Source of the DNA: Histomonas meleagridis 2922-C6/04-290x
Taxonomy: Eukaryota > Protista > Parabasalia
Assembly: GCA_020184695.1 (NCBI GenBank)
Contig: JAANOX010000087.1
Span: 1 to 64,000 of the forward strand
DNA length: 64,000 bases
Direction of reading: 5' to 3'
Shown here: in pieces, positions 58,401 through 64,000 of the stretch
Layout: every line of letters begins with the position of its first letter
Position numbering within the stretch: the stretch's first letter is position 1
Program-made: the position numbers and the translations under genes
The notes under the pieces: model-generated
Told to the model about the DNA's origin: nothing
Seen by the model: only the letters and a program-made list of their open reading frames with translations
Databases searched by the model: none

Positions 58401-61400
58401 AAATAATAATATTAAAATTAAGAAAAGTTTTATACCTAATAAAACATTATTAAATTATATATCAAATTATAGTTATAAATATATCGAGTCACTTCAATAT
58501 ATAACAAAACCTTTAATATATTCAGTGTTAACAATCATAAATCAAATCATTAATCAAATTACTAAAACTGAAGGATTACAATATCCAATTCAAATTAGTT
58601 CTATTTTATATAATTATAAAATAAATGAATTAAATATCAATTTATATAAAAGTATTTTCATGATAACTCAAAATATTAATGATGAAATGATACGAAAGAA
58701 TTGGTTTGAAAAGTTAACTATTAATTGTGACTTATGGTCGAAATCAAATGACTTCGAATATATTATATATTATTGGACAAATAATATTTTCGAATATTTC
58801 TTAGAAGAAGTTAAAAAGAAAAGTTATATTTCATATTTTTTGACACAATTTTATAAGTTATTCTGTGATAATTCTCAAAAAAATATAATTTCTAAAAATT
58901 ATTTCTCTATTTTAATTAAAAGATTATATTATACATATTATGATGAAGAAAAAGATTTCGAATTATTATTCTCATTTTTAGTTAAAGTGAAAGAAGAAGA
59001 TAAATTAATGTATTTAGATATAATTAAAGATATCTCTGAAGTTATATTGAAGTCGAATTATAAATCATATGATTATTTGATTAATTTATTGGATAATAAT
59101 AATAATATACAAATTATTATTAATACATTAATTACATTACATGAATTATATAAAAACAATTTCCATGAAAAATTGAAATTAATTTTGTCTAAATTATATA
59201 TTACAAATGAAATATTCGAAAACATTAAATTGTGTATGGAGAAATATCCGAATTTATTTACTTTGGAATGTTATATAGCATTAAAACTAAATGAAAAACT
59301 CGAATTTATCCCTAAAAACAATTTCGTTAATTCGAAGTTATGGTTTATTTCACCATTATTATTAAGCTTTAATACAAACGAAAAAGAAATTCGTATTAAA
59401 TTATTTGAATTCATATCGAATAATATTAATAATCAAAATGATTTATTATATATTATATATCTTTCATTGTTTTTAGTTGTTAATGGATATGAAAAGACAT
59501 ATTTTGAAGAATTACTTTTAACATTTAATTATAACTTATTTAATGATTTCATGAATATTAATTTGATTATAATATTATTATCATTTATAATGTTTAAACC
59601 TAAAAACAAAAACATAAAACAACGAAAATATAATTATTCGATATTAAATTTGTTTGAAAAGAATTATGAATTCGATACAAGAGAATTCCAAGAAGAAGAA
59701 AAAATGAAATTAAATTTAGTTAAAGATATAAATACATTAAAAGAAAATTTAATGAAAGTTTCAACAATTGAATTCGAATACTTCTTAGAGATAAATGAAA
59801 ATGAAGTATATGATATTGATATAATGAAACTAATTTATGATATTGCATCGAAATTAGATAATTATCAATATGACATTATCGAGAAAATGAATTTCGATGA
59901 CATTAAATATTTAATTGATTGTTATTATCATCATATTAAACTTAATCAAACATTAAATGGTAAACAACGAAAAATCGAAATATTTGAAACGATTCCATTA
60001 CTTAAACAAAAGTTTGAACAAAATTTCATTAACATATTAAATAATTTAAATAATGAAATCCAAAGAATTCCAAACATTAATGAAATTAATTTAAGTAAAA
60101 TTACAAATGTTAAATCAGAAGAATTTATAAATAATGAAAACAAACGATTACAAAATCAATTTGATCCATTAAATAATAAAATTATCATTAAAAACAATTC
60201 AACAATTTGCGAATTCTTTGAACCATTTTTAATAAAACGTATGAAAATATTCGATAAAAGAATTGAATTACCAATTAATAAATTCATTGATAATTCATTC
60301 TTAATCGAAAATGATAATGAAAAAATTCCAATTCTTTGTAAATGTGAAAAAAATAATATAATAATAAAAGCAAAAGATTTCATTCATGAAATTCCTTTTG
60401 CGCAAATTTGGTTTATGATTTTAATTAACACAAATGATAACATTAAAAGTGTTTTACAGATTATTAAAAAAGATCATTCGTCTTTTTTGATCGATTTTAG
60501 AGTAGAAGATAACTTAAATCAATTCCTTGGTAACTGTAATACGAACTTTAACTTGGATAGAAATAAAATAATTTTTAATTCCGAATTTAATATTAACTCT
60601 AAAATAGAGATCGTTAGAAATAGTTGGTTGGCAAATAAAATTTCAACGTTCGAGTTTATTAGTGTGTTGAACTTGTTAAATGGAAGAACTTATCAAAACC
60701 CTTATAAAAAACCAATTTTCCCGATTTTGGATGAAAGCGATTTCAATTCAATGTTTACAACGAATTTACGCAATTCAAATGGTACAGAAATATTGTATTC
60801 AAATTCGGACGATGAAAATTCAAAATTGGCAATTGAAAAGTATTATAATAAACGGAAACAACTTGAAAAAGAAGATGAAACCGTTTGCAAATGGATTATA
60901 CAAAATTTCCCGAATGTTTTAAATCAAACAATTATCAAACGATCTAAAAGCATGGTTAACATACCACAAGTAGAAGTCAAATTTAATAGCAAAGTATTAT
61001 ATGTAATACCAATTAAAATCGAAAAAACTTATTTCATTATATTCGAAAATGGTATATGCGCATTTATAAAGATTTATCCAAATGCTACTGACGATTTATG
61101 CCCTGAATGCCGACAAATTGGTGACAAATTTGAAATTAATGGAATTAACGATTACAAATTTTATCCTTATGGAAATAGTATAGTTGCATATAATGGAAGT
61201 ACATTAGTCACGTTCCGTTATTTAGAGCGACCACAAGTTATTACTGAGTCTGAAATATTTATTACAAATTTAAAGTTTTCATATCCATTATACATCTTTA
61301 ATGACACTAAAATCTATAGCTCACCAAATTTACAACAAATAGAACTTTGTAATTTGAATTCGAATATATTATGTATTGCATCCAATGAAAGGATTCGAAT

Positions 61401-61845
61401 CTTTGCATATGTTTCAACGGACTCTATATTACGTATTAAGTCATTAAACGATGGAAAACTTATCACAAAAGTTTCACTTGATAATGAATTACCAATTGAC
61501 ATATTGATCACTAACGCTTGGGGATTTATATTAGTTCGGACTATAAACAAATTGTACATTATAAGTACGAACGGAATAATATTAAAAGTTGTAAATGATT
61601 TTCCAAATATTTTAAGTTGGAAAACTTTCGCTTCAAATGAAGGATTCGACTTTTTATTAATGGAAACTGATAAAAATGAAATTTTGTACTGCGATGTGTT
61701 ATACCCTGAAAAATTAAAACTCATCGCCAAGTTCCATAGTAAGTGTTTGGACTATTTCCCCGAAGAGGATTCGTTCGTTTTAGTGTCGGCTGAGAGAAAG
61801 TTCGCTTTTATATCGAAAGAAGTGGTCGAAAATTTGGACACATAA
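55420..61845 (+). CDS. Large BEACH-family-like protein (alpha-solenoid, ConA-like, PH, reduced BEACH, WD40)
   Basis: WLANKISTFEFISVLNLLNGRTYQNPYKKPIFP is the BEACH N-terminus; RKQLE..VCKWI is its C-terminus; WD40-like C-terminal end. Confidence 0.75.
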   Translation: MTEKESYKALIKLVFTHRRLSLNTLIGAPDNEETELMNQIPNIETDKLMKSFDNDINIDIKKILNDVGYNYQFNPEVVRKFIQSQKVTDLQLNIIGYQLISLLFVKDEQISPEYFLLFMEYLNHALLSNSYFPTINLYFMCLLYQAIRNEAFQWDEKTIASVITMFTMNRTLKFNFKNLLIFFLNIVFDPKLSSECHKEGLKLIKTLYDNRYEIILGSEYITIIGIIESMFNDLDINALKAFASIVNYSAAINKDRSDFSENFKSISNSLFDKIKDFFKDRPITISDPIQLNNLDTLKPQSQQLYIDEDIFHNDFRIPSNLIDENTEELYNLIPEEILILFNVINQFLEELNPNHLSSFIEIMMSCLKSMELISSFVWFIKTNSNRHQILQLTFEFLTSSYLFDHETTIFGPKSLDKNINKIRAAIISLIQNTDTKLLLRFFKEKNENIFLINETLLRIMKNSIDETLCTNEFFQIISSNMIYLQQINAPNDIRKIGFVFIFKLLNNSKLQFSCLNLRNFVEIINKFIYEKGISENIYSILKNIFLKTSKTEISKLEYLVVNVLEKAQYCPQLIELTHELVSNVILFRPFYITIFSKFLNLMINNYKEKQTEKTFNRIIIMLIIQSQLKQNNFDIDNNLFYILSKSKQFLTLNILVNLITGSTCMNVNAKFLIRNPIYLPLFLIVFGENVNELTKVLSIFLKLAQDSISNAIAFHNGNIDSILLTYFLNDKIQKYKGIEFELKINENLKDNYVIPLLYIILTSKTNNYISKLITNIITKTQNYKISKMLEKIFLYHKNTPQNIIPIENVLNPLISIDGFDYSKFYKKFSFSFYLKVDNSTLIKQLTYINLFTFSTKEQKFGFALKGSSLYLIYDDSEYKHSFQIISKFTSSEWSHFYVTFKDKEEKEEIIIYLNTNLLQSIKFSEIKFDKKQLRFNVGGLNDYISDENHKTVAYISDLCFYTTKLKKEQIHTNQIPIPNFSLTKLINNYETNTLNNNIKIKKSFIPNKTLLNYISNYSYKYIESLQYITKPLIYSVLTIINQIINQITKTEGLQYPIQISSILYNYKINELNINLYKSIFMITQNINDEMIRKNWFEKLTINCDLWSKSNDFEYIIYYWTNNIFEYFLEEVKKKSYISYFLTQFYKLFCDNSQKNIISKNYFSILIKRLYYTYYDEEKDFELLFSFLVKVKEEDKLMYLDIIKDISEVILKSNYKSYDYLINLLDNNNNIQIIINTLITLHELYKNNFHEKLKLILSKLYITNEIFENIKLCMEKYPNLFTLECYIALKLNEKLEFIPKNNFVNSKLWFISPLLLSFNTNEKEIRIKLFEFISNNINNQNDLLYIIYLSLFLVVNGYEKTYFEELLLTFNYNLFNDFMNINLIIILLSFIMFKPKNKNIKQRKYNYSILNLFEKNYEFDTREFQEEEKMKLNLVKDINTLKENLMKVSTIEFEYFLEINENEVYDIDIMKLIYDIASKLDNYQYDIIEKMNFDDIKYLIDCYYHHIKLNQTLNGKQRKIEIFETIPLLKQKFEQNFINILNNLNNEIQRIPNINEINLSKITNVKSEEFINNENKRLQNQFDPLNNKIIIKNNSTICEFFEPFLIKRMKIFDKRIELPINKFIDNSFLIENDNEKIPILCKCEKNNIIIKAKDFIHEIPFAQIWFMILINTNDNIKSVLQIIKKDHSSFLIDFRVEDNLNQFLGNCNTNFNLDRNKIIFNSEFNINSKIEIVRNSWLANKISTFEFISVLNLLNGRTYQNPYKKPIFPILDESDFNSMFTTNLRNSNGTEILYSNSDDENSKLAIEKYYNKRKQLEKEDETVCKWIIQNFPNVLNQTIIKRSKSMVNIPQVEVKFNSKVLYVIPIKIEKTYFIIFENGICAFIKIYPNATDDLCPECRQIGDKFEINGINDYKFYPYGNSIVAYNGSTLVTFRYLERPQVITESEIFITNLKFSYPLYIFNDTKIYSSPNLQQIELCNLNSNILCIASNERIRIFAYVSTDSILRIKSLNDGKLITKVSLDNELPIDILITNAWGFILVRTINKLYIISTNGIILKVVNDFPNILSWKTFASNEGFDFLLMETDKNEILYCDVLYPEKLKLIAKFHSKCLDYFPEEDSFVLVSAERKFAFISKEVVENLDT

Positions 61846-61958
61846 AATAAGTAAACATTTTTGAATCTGAATCACTTGTGATCAATTAAACTTATGATTT
61901 CCTTTGTTTGTGCCATTGGTATCAACACTAATTTGTGATTTTTATTTTATAAATTAAT

Positions 61959-62195
61959 TCATTTTTTGATTTTACTCAAAATATCTTTGCACTCAAGATA
62001 GCGTATGTAGCGTGGGTCGTTTTTTAGTTCAGTGCTACGAGGATTTGGTTCCCCATCCATTAAATAATCTTGAAATATCTCTATTGGTGCACCTTCAAAT
62101 GGTGGTTTTCCATAAAGGGAATACTCCTCTCTCAGTGTATCGCTTAAACTTAGATACTCGTATCTAATTTCACTAACGTTGACTTGATTGTTCAT
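61959..62195 (-). CDS. Small hypothetical protein (78 aa)
   Basis: ATG-initiated ORF with coding-like composition, divergent from the ankyrin gene at 62278. Confidence 0.5.
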   Translation of the reverse strand: MNNQVNVSEIRYEYLSLSDTLREEYSLYGKPPFEGAPIEIFQDYLMDGEPNPRSTELKNDPRYIRYLECKDILSKIKK

Positions 62196-62277
62196 TTACA
62201 TGTGAAATATTAACGTTTTATTTGAATTATTTGATTATTCAATTTTAAGTGGAGCATATTGACATTAATTCAACAAA

Positions 62278-63068
62278 ATGAGTACTGAAGTTAATAAAGA
62301 AGAAGATGTTAAAAAAGCATTTGAATTATGCGCACAAGATAACTTAGAAGAATTCCAGCTTCTTGTTCCATCTAAAGTCACAGTTAACAGAAGGGTATTT
62401 TTAATTTTTAATATCAGTATAAAAATATTAATTTTTTATTAATCTAAGACGCTTCTTATTGCATCCATTGAAAATAAATCTATCCAATGTCTTCATTATC
62501 TTCTCGCAAATAATGTTAATGTCAATGCAAAAGATGTTAATTTTTATTTTTTAAAATCTCGATATAATACTTTTAGTTCCAATTCATTTTTTGGTGTTTA
62601 TTTTTTCTTTTTCGTGTACCATTAATGATAGCCATTGCTAAAAAGAATTATCAAGCTGTATGTGCATTAATTAATATCGGTGCTGATTTAACAGCAGATG
62701 ATATTTCGCAATATTTTTTGATGTTTCTTAACATTTTTATAATGGTATTTCTTTTTAATTGATTTTGGACACCATTGCATTATGCGGCACAATCAAGTGA
62801 ACCGGAAATTATTAAAATGATTCTCGATTTTGGAGGTAATCCAAACGTTGCTGATTTTGAAGTTTAGTTTTTTGTATTTGGAGCAACGCCACTCCATATT
62901 GCAGGCGATCAAGAAAACTCTGATTGCGTTTCGATTCTTGTTAAAGCAGGAGCTGACCCATCAATAAGAAATAACTTCGGCGTGAAGGCATCAGACGTGT
63001 GCATAAATAGAGGGCACGGAGCTGCTTTGGATCCAAATTATCCTGAAAATGTGGAACTGAAACCGTAA
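62278..63068 (+). CDS. Ankyrin-repeat protein interrupted at four repeat junctions by AT-rich spacers (absent from the ORF track)
   Basis: Segments MSTE..VNRR / TLLIAS..VNAKD / RVPLMIA..LTADD / WTPLHYAA..NVADFE / GATPLHIA..KP* join after removing 17-19 nt spacers. Confidence 0.75.
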
Positions 63069-63871
63069 AAATTTAATAAACATGAAACAGATCAAAATGT
63101 GATTTTGCTTTGGCATTAATGATTCAGAAATAATATTAATGGAATAAAAATTTAGAATTCTTTAATATCATCAAAAGATTTGTTTTGTTTCGATAATTTT
63201 GTACTGCTTTATGAGATTATTTTTTCAATTCCTTCCAAAACATTTTTAAGTTATCAATTAGATTTTGGAAGAGAAAATACATTTAATGAAATTTCATTAA
63301 ATTTATTGAAAAAAACACAGAATGAATATAATAAAATTAAAATGAAATAATAATTATGTTTGTTTTGTTGTTTTCTTTTTTGTACAACATGTTTATCAAT
63401 TAAAATAATTTTGGCATAAATGATTCTTATAATCACTTTAAACGCTGTATTCAAGTTTTAATAATTCAAATCCCATTCAAGAGTTAAGTGTATGCACCTC
63501 AACTTCAAATTTAGCGCCGCTAATCATTTTTATATATGTTTTTGATATATTTGAAGTTATATGTTAGCTTTTTTTAAAGGGGATGTGAAATCTGTTTAAT
63601 ACAGAATAAAAGCAAAAAATTTGAATGATATTTTGTATCTGAAGCTCATATATTTTGCTCATTAATAATAATATAATAAAATATTTCATCAAAAATGAGA
63701 AATTTCAATAACAATTTACCTTAATTATCTTTGTATATGATATGAATCCAAAACATATAATCTATTTATTAACTTTTATTAAGATCATTCATTAAATAGT
63801 TCTAATACATCATAAGTATTATTAGGTTCGATTGTATTTATTGAAGAAAATAAAGGATCAGAAATATCTTT

Positions 63872-64000
63872 AAAGAATTTAAAAATACATTTTCATCATT
63901 GATATTATTTATACCTTTTTGTTTATCAAGTAATTTAACAATTTCATTATATCCTTTTTCGGATGCATACATATATGCTGTGATAAATATTTTCAATATA
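63872..64000 (-). CDS. Partial ankyrin repeat at the window edge, flanked by spacer-like sequence
   Basis: ITAYMYASEKGYNEIVKLLDKQKGINNINDEN, preceded by a 16-nt visible AT tract ending TTT and followed by GTATTTTTAAATTCTTT (17 nt). Confidence 0.55.

Overview
This is AT-rich, nearly intron-free eukaryotic DNA. Inr and M3 promoter motifs, BspA, DUF3447-ankyrin, small Myb and BEACH genes point to a parabasalid, probably Tritrichomonas-like (inference). Housekeeping genes include ATXN10-like, NBAS-like, VPS51, CFAP74, Rho GTPase, SCAMP, WDR11-like, TMEM18, ARPC4, FKBP-TPR, a CNBD K+ channel and CDC50. There are also several pseudogenes, bacterial-type genes, a dead DD34E Tc1-like transposase and a ~600 bp (ATTT)n tract. 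Main discovery: ankyrin genes that look broken are systematically interrupted at the D-x-x-G-x-T beta-hairpin by 17-nt (17-19 nt) AT-rich spacers with no GT-AG ends, which separate single hairpin codons. Removing 31 exact 17-mers from 47976..50476 gives an uninterrupted 657-aa ORF with textbook hairpins (DKYGNT, DKNGRT, DNDGYT, DKLGKT, DKSGNT, DKYGET). The same layout occurs in an unrelated ankyrin gene (62278..63068) and probably a third at the window edge. This suggests an unrecognised decoding system: non-canonical micro-intron removal with 3-nt exons, ribosome hopping, or programmed deletion. I cannot determine the mechanism or confirm novelty from sequence alone.
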